A stretch of 64,000 nt of DNA from an uncultured Actinomycetes bacterium (GTDB lineage: Bacteria > Actinomycetota > Thermoleophilia > Miltoncostaeales > Miltoncostaeaceae), in NCBI GenBank assembly GCA_903896045.1, contig CAITWD010000022.1, forward strand, positions 4,398-68,397, in the 5' to 3' direction. Numbering within the stretch: the stretch's first letter is position 1; each line of letters opens with the position of its first letter. The position numbers and the translations under genes are program-made. Of this stretch, positions 1 through 10,896 are shown piece after piece. Under the pieces are notes generated by a model that searched no databases, was not told the origin of the DNA, and was given only the letters and a program-made list of their open reading frames with translations.

Positions 1-87
1 GAGATCACCCTCGACGGCGTGTCTGACGCACTACGCGCGGGTGGGGTCAAGCGCATCGTGCGCCCGACCCGCACCCGAACGAGCTAA
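1..87 (+). CDS. 3' end of an unidentified ORF (partial; continues upstream of the window)
   Basis: Frame 1 is open from the window edge to TAA at 85-87 (...VKRIVRPTRTRTS*). Too short to classify. Confidence 0.25.
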   Translation, partial: EITLDGVSDALRAGGVKRIVRPTRTRTS

Positions 88-464
88 TCCCTTAAGAGCG
101 CCCGCAGCTTGTCGATTTGGGCAACCTTGGCCGAGAGCTGATCGAGTTCACGGCGTTGCGTGCGCACCAGAGATGCAAGCTCATTGATTGATGCAGTCGC
201 ACGCGCGAGGACGGCGTCAACATCACTTGTTGTCGCTGCCGACTTACGTGGACGTGGGGTCACGCTTGAGTCACTCCGCAGGCGTGCGATGCGGTAATAG
301 TTCGCCGCAACCGTCCCAGCGCGACGAGGGGGCTTACTCGCATCTGAGATGCGCTGGAAGGCCTCGGTCCGAGTGATCTTCTCCGCAGCAACCATCTCTT
401 CAACCTGACGATAAATCCGCTCACCGATCTTTTCATTATCAGTTGCGCGGGGTGCAGCACTCAT
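84..464 (-). CDS. Hypothetical protein with coiled-coil-like C-terminus
   Basis: ORF track 84-536. Internal ATG at 464 has AGGAG 8 nt upstream. The C-terminus ELASLVRTQRRELDQLSAKVAQIDKLRALL is heptad-like. No family recognised. Confidence 0.6.
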   Translation of the reverse strand: MSAAPRATDNEKIGERIYRQVEEMVAAEKITRTEAFQRISDASKPPRRAGTVAANYYRIARLRSDSSVTPRPRKSAATTSDVDAVLARATASINELASLVRTQRRELDQLSAKVAQIDKLRALLRD

Positions 465-570
465 ATGTAGGACTCCTATGAAGTTTGGTGTTACGCGAAT
501 GGTAACGCAAATGCGATGAAGACTTGCGGACGACACGTCATAAATTACGTTTTATAAAAATACGCACTAT

Positions 571-1779
571 TTATGATGATGGAGATCCAAAGATGGCGAT
601 TGTTGCAGTGAAGCCATGTATGAAGTTGCGTCCGCCAACGGGTCCAATCTCACCATTACAAAAGAGCCCGGCAAGTGGTGGGTTATCGAGTTCCTCTGCG
701 ATCACGCTCGCATCATGGTGCGGAGCATTGAACATGTTCAGACCCCGACCGTTACATGAGAACACCAACGCGCCGAGTGGTGCTCCGTGAATCTGCACAC
801 GAGCGTCGCGGAGTGTGTCATGAAGATCGGTATCAGCCGATGTTGCATCACGTACATGGAGGCGCAACGTTTGACCGATCCGCACATGTTCGCCGATGTG
901 AATATCCCCCGTATCGGGATGTGCGCCGAGCAGCCCGCGCATTAAATAATCACCGCGTCCATAGTCCGGCTGGTTTTCATTTATGACAATGCCCAATGTC
1001 AGCCCGGTATGAGCAAGTGCGAGATCAGTGTCATCGAGGTGATCGAGAACCTCTTGCAGCTTCGTCAATGCAGGTTGCCCCGCGAGTTGATGCAGACGAC
1101 CAAAACCATCGGTATCGGTGACGACCATTTCTGGACCAATTGGCGAGCACCCTTGCGACACTGCAGTCGTGACCGGGAATCCCCCAATGCTGACGCCCAC
1201 GAGTCCGTCGGTTGCGATGAGCTGATTACTAAACAGGGTGTGTTCACCGGGGCGCGTTCCGCCGGATGCGAGCCCGCCGACAAGTTGTGGTTGCCATCCC
1301 GACATATTGGTCTGGGTGAGTAACTGATCAATGGGAAGTGAGAATGGGTCTGCCAACACGATTGCGACATCATCTGGTCCGGGGAGATGGGTGTCGCCTG
1401 TTGCCGCCGCTGCACTGGTCGGCCATCCCGCGATCTCGACGCTGCCATCTGGCATCGGCCATGCAGCTGCACGCAGATCGGTGATGCGCGCACCCGGGAG
1501 TACCGCGCCCCACACCACGATCGCCGGCGTTCCCTCGATTTCCTGACCCGTGCCGATAATGGTCTCGCCCGTGCAGCCGATGAAGTGGCGTGGCGAAAGG
1601 GTGTGCATGATCTCGTCACGAAGAATCTCGGGATCCGTGCACAGGGTTGGGTGCACACACATCACCACCAGGTCGGCGGGTTGCCCGAGCACTGCAGCCA
1701 CCTGGCGGGCCGCGTCGGCGACCGCGGACCGCGCATCGGGACCGGTAATGAGCCGTGCACAGATCGTGGGTGCGCTCAT
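571..1779 (-). CDS. FIST (N+C) sensory domain protein
   Basis: 402-aa ORF. The C-terminal region GALVFSCNGRGLNMF...LAGLFCNGEIGPVGG is typical of FIST_C. Its ATG overlaps the upstream ORF stop (ATGA). Confidence 0.85.
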   Translation of the reverse strand: MSAPTICARLITGPDARSAVADAARQVAAVLGQPADLVVMCVHPTLCTDPEILRDEIMHTLSPRHFIGCTGETIIGTGQEIEGTPAIVVWGAVLPGARITDLRAAAWPMPDGSVEIAGWPTSAAAATGDTHLPGPDDVAIVLADPFSLPIDQLLTQTNMSGWQPQLVGGLASGGTRPGEHTLFSNQLIATDGLVGVSIGGFPVTTAVSQGCSPIGPEMVVTDTDGFGRLHQLAGQPALTKLQEVLDHLDDTDLALAHTGLTLGIVINENQPDYGRGDYLMRGLLGAHPDTGDIHIGEHVRIGQTLRLHVRDATSADTDLHDTLRDARVQIHGAPLGALVFSCNGRGLNMFNAPHHDASVIAEELDNPPLAGLFCNGEIGPVGGRNFIHGFTATIAIFGSPSS

Positions 1780-2039
1780 GCCGCCTGCCCATCGTCGGGA
1801 CGCGGATCAAGGAGTGCGCGCGCTTCGAGTTCGCATCGGGCCGGGACGAGAATTTCTCGAGCGCCGCCGGCCATCATGTTGGGGTTGTCGAATTGCGAGC
1901 GGCGTTGCATTGCGGGGATTCCTGCATCCTCAAGCAATCCGATCAGCAACTGCGCCTCTGGTTCATGGAGCGCAATCGCGACTCGCACCGGCCGAGGCGG
2001 CGGCGGCGGGCGGTCTGTGCGGTGTCGACGCCATCTCAT
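1776..2039 (-). CDS. DUF2007-like small putative signal-transducing protein
   Basis: Last 87 codons of ORF 1776-2654. VRVAIALHEPEAQLLIGLLEDAGIPA...REILVPARCELEARALL resembles DUF2007. There are ATGA overlaps with the rhomboid stop (2036-2039) and the FIST start (1776-1779). Confidence 0.6.
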   Translation of the reverse strand: MRWRRHRTDRPPPPPRPVRVAIALHEPEAQLLIGLLEDAGIPAMQRRSQFDNPNMMAGGAREILVPARCELEARALLDPRPDDGQAA

Positions 2040-2794
2040 GATGACATCCATGGTACGTGCAGGTGCCGTGCGACATGTGGCACTTCGGGGCGTCGCCATG
2101 CAACGGCGCGAATGGTGAGTGCGCCGATAATGAGTCCCGAGAGGTGGGCAACCGTGGCGATGCCCATGCTCCCGGCCGATTGTGGCTGCGTGATGTCGAG
2201 GAGCTGGAGCCCAATGAAAATGCATCCCCACAGCCACGCGGGGACCTTCATCGGAATGAAAAAGAAGACCAGAGTCCAGATGCCATTGCGCGGGAATAAC
2301 ACCAGGTAGGCGCCAAGAATCACTGCGATCGCACCCGATGCGCCAATGACGACATCGGTGCTGGAGGGTTGTGAGAGCGCCTGTATTCCACCCGCACCCA
2401 TCCCGCCAACGAGCACAAATGGGAGAAATCGCAGGCGACCGAGGCGGTCTTCCAGGTTGGCGCCGAAAACCCACAAAAAGAACATGTTGCCGATGAGGTG
2501 CCACCAGCCGGCATGCAAAAAGATGCTGGTCAGAAGGCTCAAAAACCGAGGGTGCTGTGCGTTCAGCCCTTGACAGGTCAGCGCCGGTGCACCGGCGTCG
2601 GTGGGGGCGGGTGCCCCATGCACGGTGACCGCGGGGACAATTCCATAACTGCATTCAAATGCTTGCACGCTTCCCACCTGGCGATTGGTGGAAAGCGATT
2701 GCTGATATCCGAAGATTGCGCAGCAGATCACGATCAACGCGATCGTCAGGATCGGAAGACGGCGCGGTGCATATTCGTCAAGAAGCGGGAGCAT
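2036..2794 (-). CDS. Rhomboid-family intramembrane serine protease
   Basis: 252-aa multi-TM ORF. Motifs FLHAGWWHLIGNMFFLWVFG and catalytic-Ser GASGAI are present. AAGGAG SD lies upstream of the ATG. Confidence 0.9.
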   Translation of the reverse strand: MLPLLDEYAPRRLPILTIALIVICCAIFGYQQSLSTNRQVGSVQAFECSYGIVPAVTVHGAPAPTDAGAPALTCQGLNAQHPRFLSLLTSIFLHAGWWHLIGNMFFLWVFGANLEDRLGRLRFLPFVLVGGMGAGGIQALSQPSSTDVVIGASGAIAVILGAYLVLFPRNGIWTLVFFFIPMKVPAWLWGCIFIGLQLLDITQPQSAGSMGIATVAHLSGLIIGALTIRAVAWRRPEVPHVARHLHVPWMSS

Positions 2795-2817
2795 GTGCTC
2801 CTTTGTGCCAGGTGGGC

Positions 2818-3789
2818 CTAGGCCAGGATATGGCCCAAGAGCGCCGCTTGGGCATAGATCCGATTCTCTGCCTGATCCCAGACCGCTGATTGCGGTCCGT
2901 GGAGCACCTCGTAGGTAATTTCCTCGCCGTGATGGGCGGGAAGGCAGTGGAGCACAATGGCATCCGGCCGTGCCAACCCAACCAGGGCAGCATCCACCCG
3001 GTATGGGTCAAGATCTTTGCGTCTGCGGTCGGCTTCCTGCTCATCACCCATCGAGATCCACGTGTCGGTGTAGATGGCGTGACAACCCTCAACCCCAGAT
3101 TGAGGGTTGTCGGTGACCGATGCACCTCCGCCAGTGCTCGTGCCCATCTGGTTACACCAGGCAACGATTTCTGGGTCGGGCGTGTAGCCGGGCGGGCATG
3201 CCGCGACCACATGCATTCCGGTCAGCGCACCGACAATCATGAGCGATGCACAGCAGTTGTTGCCATCGCCGACATATGCGACCCGCAGACCGCGCAGCGT
3301 GCCAAACCGTTGGATGAGTGTGAGCGCATCGGCAAGAGCCTGACAGGGGTGGTGTGCATGGCTCAAGCTATTGATCACCGGCACCGTTGCATGGCGATCG
3401 AGCTCTTCAAGCGTTGCATGTGGGCCTGTGCGCAGCACGATGGCGTCGACCATTCGGCTGAGAACGAGCGCGGTGTCTTCAATGGTTTCTCCGCGGCCCA
3501 TCTGCATGTCTCGTCCCGCCAGGACCACTGCGTGCCCACCAAGATGGGTAATTCCCACTTCAAAGCTGACGCGGGTGCGCGTCGACGGTCGTTCAAAGAT
3601 GAGGGCGATCATGCGCCCTGTCAGCAGCTGGGGCCACTCGGCGCGAGGGGTCGCTGCGAGGATCCCCGCGCTTTGCAGGATGGCATCGACCGCGTCGGGG
3701 CGATGCTCCATCAGGCTGAGGACCGATGCGCCCGCAAGCGACGGTGCGAAGGGGCCAAATCCGGGGGCGTGCGAAGCGGGAGGGGTCAT
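2818..3789 (-). CDS. argF: Ornithine carbamoyltransferase
   Basis: STRTR carbamoyl-phosphate motif, HPCQ and HCLP motifs, 323 aa. 4-nt overlap with the upstream gene. Confidence 0.9.
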   Translation of the reverse strand: MTPPASHAPGFGPFAPSLAGASVLSLMEHRPDAVDAILQSAGILAATPRAEWPQLLTGRMIALIFERPSTRTRVSFEVGITHLGGHAVVLAGRDMQMGRGETIEDTALVLSRMVDAIVLRTGPHATLEELDRHATVPVINSLSHAHHPCQALADALTLIQRFGTLRGLRVAYVGDGNNCCASLMIVGALTGMHVVAACPPGYTPDPEIVAWCNQMGTSTGGGASVTDNPQSGVEGCHAIYTDTWISMGDEQEADRRRKDLDPYRVDAALVGLARPDAIVLHCLPAHHGEEITYEVLHGPQSAVWDQAENRIYAQAALLGHILA

Positions 3790-4937
3790 AGGTTCGGTTC
3801 CGGTGAAGGGGGCGCGTGATGCACCGCTTCCATGATGATCTCCTCGATGGGAATCGATCGGAGTACATCATCGGTTGCATCGGTGCGTGCTGAGAGTGTT
3901 CGCGCGATCTGGGCGACACCCTGCTCGCTGGCCCAGGAGAATGGCCCGATTTCCCATCCCGCGCCAAGGCGCATTGCCAGATCAATATCGCTGGGGGCCG
4001 CAATCTGTTCTGACGCGCACCGCAATGCCTCATCGAGGGCTGCGAGGTAATAGGTGTCGGCGGCATTGCGTGTCGGGGTCGCATGCGCTTGGGCGTGGTC
4101 GTCGGTCACAAACCCTGTGCCGTTTTTACGTCCGAGGCGTCCTGCACCAACCTGCGCTCCGAGTGCGCCGCCATCGTCAAAACGATCACCGTAGGCGACC
4201 GCGAGATCTCGCTGCAAGAGATCCATCGTGTCGAGTCCGATGAGATCGCCGAGTGCATAGGGTCCCATTGGAGCAGGGCCGCGCGTCGTAATTGCCGCAT
4301 CAATGTCGTGATAACTCGGAGTATCAGTCGCGCCCTCGCGGTAGCTGGCAACCATCGCGCGGACCAAGATCCGGTTCACGAGAAATCCGGGGCACTCGCG
4401 CACGCGGACCGGAGTTTTTCCAAGCGCGCGCGCGAGGTGCTCTGCGCGCGCCATGAATGCCGGGGAGCTTTCGGCGCCCTCGATCAGCTCGACCAGCTGC
4501 ATGACGACCGCGGGGTTGAAAAAGTGCATCCCCACGATGTGTGATGGGCGTTTGGTGAGTGCGGCCAAATGGCTGATGGAGAGCCCGGAGGTGTTTGAGG
4601 CAATCAGTGCATCGGGTTGGGCGATCTCATCAAGCGCGCGAAAGACAACTTCTTTGATGTCGAGGCGCTCGCTGACCGCTTCGATGATCACATCACAGAC
4701 GGCCAGATCGCCGAGCTGGTGAGTTGAGCGAATACGAGAGATCAGCTGGTCAGCAGATGCCGTATCAAGGTGGCCGCGCGTCAGTGCGCGGTCAATGAGT
4801 TGGGTGCGACGCAGGTGTCCGGCATCGAGCTGGGCGGGCGCAATGTCGTAGGCCAGGACCGCACATCCTGCCCGGGCGCACAGATAGGCGATATCGCTTC
4901 CCATGACACCTGCGCCAACAACTCCAATGGTGAGCAT
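3786..4937 (-). CDS. 3-hydroxyacyl-CoA dehydrogenase (NAD-binding, with extra C-terminal domain)
   Basis: Rossmann N-terminus MLTIGVVGAGVMGSDIA, plus 3HCDH_N/C-like sequence (FFNPAVVMQLVELI). Start placed at MLTIGVV rather than the ORF-track ATG at 5000. Confidence 0.85.
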   Translation of the reverse strand: MLTIGVVGAGVMGSDIAYLCARAGCAVLAYDIAPAQLDAGHLRRTQLIDRALTRGHLDTASADQLISRIRSTHQLGDLAVCDVIIEAVSERLDIKEVVFRALDEIAQPDALIASNTSGLSISHLAALTKRPSHIVGMHFFNPAVVMQLVELIEGAESSPAFMARAEHLARALGKTPVRVRECPGFLVNRILVRAMVASYREGATDTPSYHDIDAAITTRGPAPMGPYALGDLIGLDTMDLLQRDLAVAYGDRFDDGGALGAQVGAGRLGRKNGTGFVTDDHAQAHATPTRNAADTYYLAALDEALRCASEQIAAPSDIDLAMRLGAGWEIGPFSWASEQGVAQIARTLSARTDATDDVLRSIPIEEIIMEAVHHAPPSPEPNL

Positions 4938-5015
4938 TTCCACGAGGTCAGATCCTTGCTGTTGCGCGCCACGCCATCGCCGAGCGGAGTGTATCCCCAC
5001 CCGATGGGCGGCAGG

Positions 5016-5540
5016 TTAGGTCCGCAGCCAGCGACTCGGCGTTGCGATACGACCAACCGCGGTCACGATGCGTGCGACTGCTCCGCCAAGGACCGCTCCA
5101 CACACGATATCTGCAGGGTCATGATTGCCGGTGGTGACCCTGCCGATCAGACCGATGGTGGTGATGAGACCGAGCACCCCGGTGCGTCCGCGCGAGCGCG
5201 AGCTGAGGACCGTCGCGATTGCCACCGCGGCTGCAGCGTGACGTGATGGCAGGCCTGCATCGTGGCGAATCCCCGGTCGTGGCCGATCGATTGCATTGCG
5301 CAGTTGGGTCGAGATCACGGTCGAAAGCACTGCGGCGATGAGTGCTTCGATCCCACGGGCACGCGTTGGTCGCCACAAAATCAGGAGTGCGACCACAATG
5401 CGATAGCTCGGCGACATGACATTCGATGCGACCGAAAAGCATTCATCAAAGGGCGGATGTGTTGCCGAGAGCGCGCGCACTGACCGACCGAGTTCACGGT
5501 CGACGCGATTGAATGTGCCCTGCATGGAGATCTCTGTCAT
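5016..5540 (-). CDS. PAP2-family phosphatase (membrane)
   Basis: PAP2 motifs RNAIDRPRP, PSRH and GRVTTGNHDPADIV, with hydrophobic segments. Confidence 0.75.
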   Translation of the reverse strand: MTEISMQGTFNRVDRELGRSVRALSATHPPFDECFSVASNVMSPSYRIVVALLILWRPTRARGIEALIAAVLSTVISTQLRNAIDRPRPGIRHDAGLPSRHAAAAVAIATVLSSRSRGRTGVLGLITTIGLIGRVTTGNHDPADIVCGAVLGGAVARIVTAVGRIATPSRWLRT

Positions 5541-5572
5541 CTGGGTCCCCGCTCTGCGATAACGTCACAGTG

Positions 5573-6103
5573 ATGAACCGCATCTTTGCATTCGTCGCGG
5601 CCCTCGCGTGTGCCTGCCTGCTCGTTGCAGGCTGTGGAACCAGCACTTCGACCGCACCTCTCGCCGTCACACCGGTTGCTGGACGCCATGCCGCACCCCC
5701 GTTTTCGGTTCCCAACTTGGCAGGCGGGACACCGATTTCATTGGCGGCGCTGCACGGACACCCCGTACTCGTGAGCTTTTGGGCGTCGTGGTGCAATCCC
5801 TGCCGCACGGAGATGCCAACCCTCGAGCAGTTCGCACGCACGCACCCTGCCCTCGACGTGATCGGCCTCGCGACTCTTGATCAAAATGGCGCGAGCCGTG
5901 CATTTGCACAATCGGTCGGAGTGACCTATCCCCTGGGCGTCGATGCAGATGGATCGATCTTGGCTCGATATGGGGCGGCGGCACTTCCCGCGACGGCGGT
6001 CATCGATACGCAGGGGCGTCTGATCTCGACGGTCTATGGTCCATTGACCTCGGCGGACCTCACCGCGATTGCCCGGCAATTTGGGGTCGCATCGGGTGCG
6101 TAG
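5573..6103 (+). CDS. TlpA/ResA-like thiol-disulfide oxidoreductase lipoprotein
   Basis: Lipobox-like LLVAGC after MNRIFAFVAAL. Thioredoxin motif WCNPC. Start taken at the internal ATG 5573. Confidence 0.85.
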   Translation: MNRIFAFVAALACACLLVAGCGTSTSTAPLAVTPVAGRHAAPPFSVPNLAGGTPISLAALHGHPVLVSFWASWCNPCRTEMPTLEQFARTHPALDVIGLATLDQNGASRAFAQSVGVTYPLGVDADGSILARYGAAALPATAVIDTQGRLISTVYGPLTSADLTAIARQFGVASGA

Positions 6104-6105
6104 TT

Positions 6106-7449
6106 GTGCGCGGTGGCATTGCGTCCTCAAGACTTCGGTCCATACTTGACCTCGTGACCGACCCGATCTTTTCTCGTATTGCCGAGTATCTCGACGCGCA
6201 TGACGCGTGTGTGCCGGGCGAGCGAGTGCTGGTCATGGTGTCGGGCGGTGCGGACTCGGTGTGTCTGTTGCATGCCCTGGTCGCGCTGCACGATGGCCCA
6301 ATCGGCGTGGTGACGATGGATCACGGCCTGCGGGGAGAAAGCGCCGATGAAGTGCGTGCAGTCGCCGCGATGGCAGCCGGTCTTGGGCTGCCCTGCGAGA
6401 CGGTGCGCTTGCAGATTGCCGCTGGTTCAGGGGTCCAAGCCCGTGCACGTGAGGCACGGTATGCCGCAGCCCGAGCCCACGCGACGCGCGATGGCTGGGA
6501 TGTTATTGCGGTGGGCCATACCGCCTCCGATCAGGCCGAGACCGTGTTGATGCGGCTCGCGCGCGGTGTCGGAGGAGCGGGGGCAGGTGCAATGCCGGTG
6601 CGACGCGATGACCTGGTGCGCCCACTCCTTGGCGTCACCCGCGATGAGACTGCCGCCTGGTGCGCGGCGCATGAGGTCTGGGTTGCCAAGGACCCGTCAA
6701 ATGATGATGCGCACTACACCCGCGTGCGTGCGCGCTCACTCGTTGCGACATTCGACACGCTCTCGCCGGATGCGACCCGACACCTCGCGCAGTTCGCCGA
6801 TCGCATGCGTGATGAGGCTGAGGTGATTGACGAGGTTGTCGATCTCGCATGGCAGCGTGCGTGGACCGGCGCGGGACTTGATGTGACAGAAATCGCCATG
6901 GCGTCGAGCGCCGTGCAGCGACTGCTGGTGCGCCGAATGCTCGTGCATGCCGGGGTGCCCGCCGATGGGCGCGATGCCCGAACGGTGCGCCGGGTCTGCG
7001 CCATTGCACGCGAGGGCGGCCGCATTGATATCCCCGGCGGAACGGCGGTGCGGGCTGGTGGGGCGCTGTATGTCCAGTCGGCGGCGGTCCGAGATCCGGT
7101 GAGTGCCGTACTCGTTGTTCCTGGTGCGGTGCAGTTCGGGGCGCGCGTGATTCGCGGTGCCCATGGGATCGCACAGGCCCCAACGCGCACGCAAGTGTCA
7201 TTGCGTGTGCGCGGCGAAATATGGGTACGGGGGCCGCGTGATGGTGATCGCATCGCACTGCCATCGGGCGGACATGCACGTGTGGGCCGTATCTTGCAGT
7301 CGGACGGTGTCCCTGCGGTGTTACGCCCTCATGTTCCCGTTGTCGTCGTCGATGATGTCCCTGTCTGGGTTGCCGGGCACCGTGTGGATCACGGTGCACT
7401 CGCGCCTCCTGGAGAATCCGCAGTTGTGTTGGAGGTCGTGCCCGCGTGA
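6106..7449 (+). CDS. tilS: tRNA(Ile)-lysidine synthetase
   Basis: PP-loop [10 protein letters not shown]. Conserved tilS-hpt-ftsH order. GTG start. Confidence 0.85.
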   Translation: MRGGIASSRLRSILDLVTDPIFSRIAEYLDAHDACVPGERVLVMVSGGADSVCLLHALVALHDGPIGVVTMDHGLRGESADEVRAVAAMAAGLGLPCETVRLQIAAGSGVQARAREARYAAARAHATRDGWDVIAVGHTASDQAETVLMRLARGVGGAGAGAMPVRRDDLVRPLLGVTRDETAAWCAAHEVWVAKDPSNDDAHYTRVRARSLVATFDTLSPDATRHLAQFADRMRDEAEVIDEVVDLAWQRAWTGAGLDVTEIAMASSAVQRLLVRRMLVHAGVPADGRDARTVRRVCAIAREGGRIDIPGGTAVRAGGALYVQSAAVRDPVSAVLVVPGAVQFGARVIRGAHGIAQAPTRTQVSLRVRGEIWVRGPRDGDRIALPSGGHARVGRILQSDGVPAVLRPHVPVVVVDDVPVWVAGHRVDHGALAPPGESAVVLEVVPA

Positions 7450-7994
7450 GTGGTGTGAAGATTGGCGAAGTGCTGGTCAGCAAAGAGCAGCTTGAGGCCC
7501 GTGTCGCGGAACTCGCCGCACAAATCTCGATGGACTATGCGGGGCGTGATCTGCTGGTCGTCGGTGTCTTGAAGGGCGCAGTGTTTTTCATCGCCGATCT
7601 TGTGCGCCAGATGAAGACCCCGTGTGAATTGGATTTCATGGCGGTGTCGTCGTATGGATCAACGACCCATTCCTCGGGGGTTGTGCGGATTTTGAAGGAT
7701 CTCGATTCTCCGATCGCGGGACGACACGTTCTGGTGATCGAGGATGTCATCGACTCAGGGCTCACCCTGTCGTATCTCCTGCGTAATCTCGCCTCACGTG
7801 ATCCCGCCTCGTTGGAGGTATGCACCCTCTTGACCAAGCCCGGCCACAGGCGCCGCGGTCTGGTGACCCGATACGTCGGTTTCGACCTCGAGGATGTCTT
7901 TGTGATCGGGTACGGACTCGACCATGCCGAACGCTTCCGCAACCTGCCGTATATCGCTGTGCTCGACGAACACACCGACCCTCCACAAGGCTGA
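7446..7994 (+). CDS. hpt: Hypoxanthine phosphoribosyltransferase
   Basis: PRPP-binding motif [14 protein letters not shown], 182 aa. GTGA overlap with tilS. Confidence 0.95.
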   Translation: MSGVKIGEVLVSKEQLEARVAELAAQISMDYAGRDLLVVGVLKGAVFFIADLVRQMKTPCELDFMAVSSYGSTTHSSGVVRILKDLDSPIAGRHVLVIEDVIDSGLTLSYLLRNLASRDPASLEVCTLLTKPGHRRRGLVTRYVGFDLEDVFVIGYGLDHAERFRNLPYIAVLDEHTDPPQG

Positions 7995-8113
7995 GCTCAG
8001 ACGCTGCTATTCTCGGCGCAGTCGTTGAGCAAACTCTGGGCGTTCGCGCAGAGTGACCTCATGACCGATGTCGGTTTGACGATGCAGTGTCCTGGTCGCA
8101 ACACGGGGGCGAA

Positions 8114-10051
8114 GTGAATCGGTTTTTTAAAAGTGCGGCATTCCCGATCCTGATCGTGCTGCTGCTCGCCTTTGTTGCCCAGCGCTTGGTGGTGTCGAGT
8201 TCGTCTGGACCACCGGCACCGACCTTCTCGCAGATCGTCACGATGATCAAAGCGCATGAGATCAAGTCGGCCAGCATCAATCTGCCCGACCAGTCCATGA
8301 GCGTGACCACGACCGCGGGCAAGAGCTACACGACGGGCTACCCAGACAGTTACCCCCAGCTCACCGCAGCGTTGGATTCGTCGGGAACGCCGTACACCGT
8401 CGGGAGTCGTGCATCGAATCCATGGTGGAGCTTTCTGATCACGCTGGCACCGTTCGTGCTGTTCATCGTGTTCTGGATCTACTTGATGAATCGCATGCAG
8501 GGCGGCGGTTCAAAGGTAATGAGCTTTGGAAAATCGCGGGCCAAACGCATGGCAGTCGATGCACCGAAGGTCACGTTTGGCGATGTTGCGGGTGCCGATG
8601 AGGCCGTCGAAGAACTGCACGAAATCAAAGAGTTTCTCGAGAATCCAAAGAAGTTCCAGGCCCTGGGCGCGCGGATTCCCAAGGGTGTGTTGCTCTTCGG
8701 CCCTCCCGGAACCGGAAAGACCCTGCTTGCCCGTGCCGTGGCCGGGGAAGCTGGCGTGCCTTTTTTCTCGATCTCGGGCTCCGATTTTGTGGAGATGTTT
8801 GTGGGCGTGGGTGCGAGTCGCGTGCGCGATTTGTTCGAGCAGGCCAAGCAAAACTCCCCATGCATCATCTTCGTGGATGAGATTGACGCCGTCGGTCGTC
8901 ATCGTGGGGCAGGCCTCGGCGGCGGGCACGATGAGCGTGAGCAGACGCTGAATCAGCTGCTGGTCGAGATGGATGGCTTTGAGGGCAAAGACAACATCAT
9001 CTTGATCGCCGCAACGAACCGTCCCGACATTCTCGACCCGGCCTTGTTACGCCCTGGACGCTTTGACCGACAAATTGTCGTTGACCGTCCAGATCGTTCT
9101 GGTCGTGCGGCAATTCTCCGTGTGCATACCAAGGGCAAACCGATTGCCAAGGACATCGATCTCGATGCGCTTGCGGGGCAAACGCCAGGGTTTACTGGGG
9201 CAGATCTCTCCAATCTGATTAACGAAGCGGCTCTGCTCGCCGCGCGTAAGGGCAAGCGCGTGATCGAGCAGACCGAGCTTGAAGAGGGCATCATGCGCGT
9301 GATCGCTGGCCCGGAGAAGAAGAGCCGCCTGCTGACCGAGAAGGAGCGCCGGATTACCGCGTTCCACGAGATGGGTCACGCATTGGTCGGCCACTTCATG
9401 CCAAATGCCGATCCGGTGCACAAGATCAGCATCGTGTCGCGTGGCCAGGCGCTCGGTGTCACGATTTCCATGCCATCTGAGGACAAGTTCAACGCCACCA
9501 AGGCCGAACTTGAGGATCGCATGGCGATGATGCTGGGTGGTCGTGCCGCAGAGGAGATCGTCTTTAACGATGTCACCACGGGTGCCTCCAACGACTTAGA
9601 GCGCGTGACATCCACCGCCAAGGCGTTGACGATGCGGTTCGGTATGAGCCAAGCCCTCGGCTTGCGTGTCCTCGGCCACGACCAGGGCGAGCCATTTTTG
9701 GGACGCAGTTTCCAGACCGAATCGGATTATTCTGACCGCACCGCACGTGCGATCGATGTGGAAATCAGCCGGATCATCCGCACCGCCTACGAGCGTGCCA
9801 AGAGCCTGTTGGTTGAGCACCGCAGCGAATTGGACCTGATTTCCGAGGTGCTTCTGCGTCGCGAGACAATTGATCGCGAAGAGTTCCTGGCGCTGCTGGC
9901 CGGGGCATCAGAGGAAGACGTGTTTCGGGTGAAAGACGATGAGGCGCGACGTCAGCGGGCGATCGATGAGGGTGCCAAGCAGGCATCTGATTCACCACTG
10001 CGGATGCCATACCCTTCGGCGATTCCCGGTCCGCCGATTCCTGAAGCCTAG
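8114..10051 (+). CDS. ftsH: ATP-dependent zinc metalloprotease FtsH
   Basis: Two N-terminal TM segments, Walker A GPPGTGKT, zinc motif HEMGH. Start set at GTG 8114 (VNRFFKSA); the ORF track allows 8087. Confidence 0.97.
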   Translation: MNRFFKSAAFPILIVLLLAFVAQRLVVSSSSGPPAPTFSQIVTMIKAHEIKSASINLPDQSMSVTTTAGKSYTTGYPDSYPQLTAALDSSGTPYTVGSRASNPWWSFLITLAPFVLFIVFWIYLMNRMQGGGSKVMSFGKSRAKRMAVDAPKVTFGDVAGADEAVEELHEIKEFLENPKKFQALGARIPKGVLLFGPPGTGKTLLARAVAGEAGVPFFSISGSDFVEMFVGVGASRVRDLFEQAKQNSPCIIFVDEIDAVGRHRGAGLGGGHDEREQTLNQLLVEMDGFEGKDNIILIAATNRPDILDPALLRPGRFDRQIVVDRPDRSGRAAILRVHTKGKPIAKDIDLDALAGQTPGFTGADLSNLINEAALLAARKGKRVIEQTELEEGIMRVIAGPEKKSRLLTEKERRITAFHEMGHALVGHFMPNADPVHKISIVSRGQALGVTISMPSEDKFNATKAELEDRMAMMLGGRAAEEIVFNDVTTGASNDLERVTSTAKALTMRFGMSQALGLRVLGHDQGEPFLGRSFQTESDYSDRTARAIDVEISRIIRTAYERAKSLLVEHRSELDLISEVLLRRETIDREEFLALLAGASEEDVFRVKDDEARRQRAIDEGAKQASDSPLRMPYPSAIPGPPIPEA

Positions 10052-10062
10052 GTCTGCGCGCC

Positions 10063-10896
10063 ATGGGCGATCGGCCCTTGGAGTGGTTACGCCCACCGTG
10101 CGTGATGGGTGTTGTCAATGTCACCCCGGATTCCTTTTCTGACGGGGGCGCCCACCTCGCAACGACTGCTGCGCGGCTGACGATTGATCGTATGGCCCAT
10201 GATGGCGCCGCGATCGTGGACATTGGCGCAGAGAGCACTCGGCCAGGGGCTGAACGCGTTGATGCATCTGAGCAGCTCCGTCGCCTGGCGCCGCTGTTTG
10301 ATGATCTCGCGAACCGCCCACCCGAGGTTGCGCTGTCGATTGATTCCACGCGCAGTGTGGTCGCTGCGGCAGCCATCGATGCGGGCGCGGTGCTGGTCAA
10401 CGACGTGAGTGCCGGCCGCGACGACGATGAAATGTTCTCTCTTGTTGCCGAACGCGGAGTGGCAATCTGTGTGATGCATATGCGTGGCCAGCCGCGCGAT
10501 ATGCAAATCGATCCCCGCTATGAGGATGTTGTTGCCGAAGTCTGTGATTTCTTGAGCGCCCGTGTCGATGCCGCCATGGCGGCCGGAATACCGCGGGCAC
10601 ATATTCTCGTTGATCCAGGGATTGGTTTCGGGAAAACCCTTGCACACAATCTGTCGTTATTGTCGCGCATGCAGGATGTTGTCGGCCTCGGGCAGGCAGT
10701 GGTCGTCGGTGTCTCGCGTAAAGGGGTGATCGGGCTTGTGACCGGTCGACCCGTTGAGGGGCGCGCCGCGGGCAGCATCGGTGGCGCGCTGGCGGCAATT
10801 GCGGGCGGCGCCCATGTTGTGCGGGTGCATGATGTGCAGGACACCGTGGATGCGGTGCAGGTATGGAACGCAATTTCCGGAGGTCAGGGTGAGTGA
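10063..10896 (+). CDS. folP: Dihydropteroate synthase
   Basis: Pterin-binding domain: VMGVVNVTPDSFSDGG, DIGAESTRPG, DPGIGFGK. Confidence 0.95.
   Translation: MGDRPLEWLRPPCVMGVVNVTPDSFSDGGAHLATTAARLTIDRMAHDGAAIVDIGAESTRPGAERVDASEQLRRLAPLFDDLANRPPEVALSIDSTRSVVAAAAIDAGAVLVNDVSAGRDDDEMFSLVAERGVAICVMHMRGQPRDMQIDPRYEDVVAEVCDFLSARVDAAMAAGIPRAHILVDPGIGFGKTLAHNLSLLSRMQDVVGLGQAVVVGVSRKGVIGLVTGRPVEGRAAGSIGGALAAIAGGAHVVRVHDVQDTVDAVQVWNAISGGQGE

Noticed and set aside
730-739. GAACATGTTC palindrome that looks like LexA half-sites.
   Set aside because: The half-site spacing is 2 nt rather than 4, and it lies inside the FIST coding sequence. It is most likely coincidental.
3786-3789. 4-nt overlap coupling a 3-hydroxyacyl-CoA dehydrogenase to argF, considered as a novel pathway link.
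   Set aside because: Short overlaps are ubiquitous in this genome. With no other arginine or fatty-acid genes nearby, there is nothing beyond adjacency to support a functional link.
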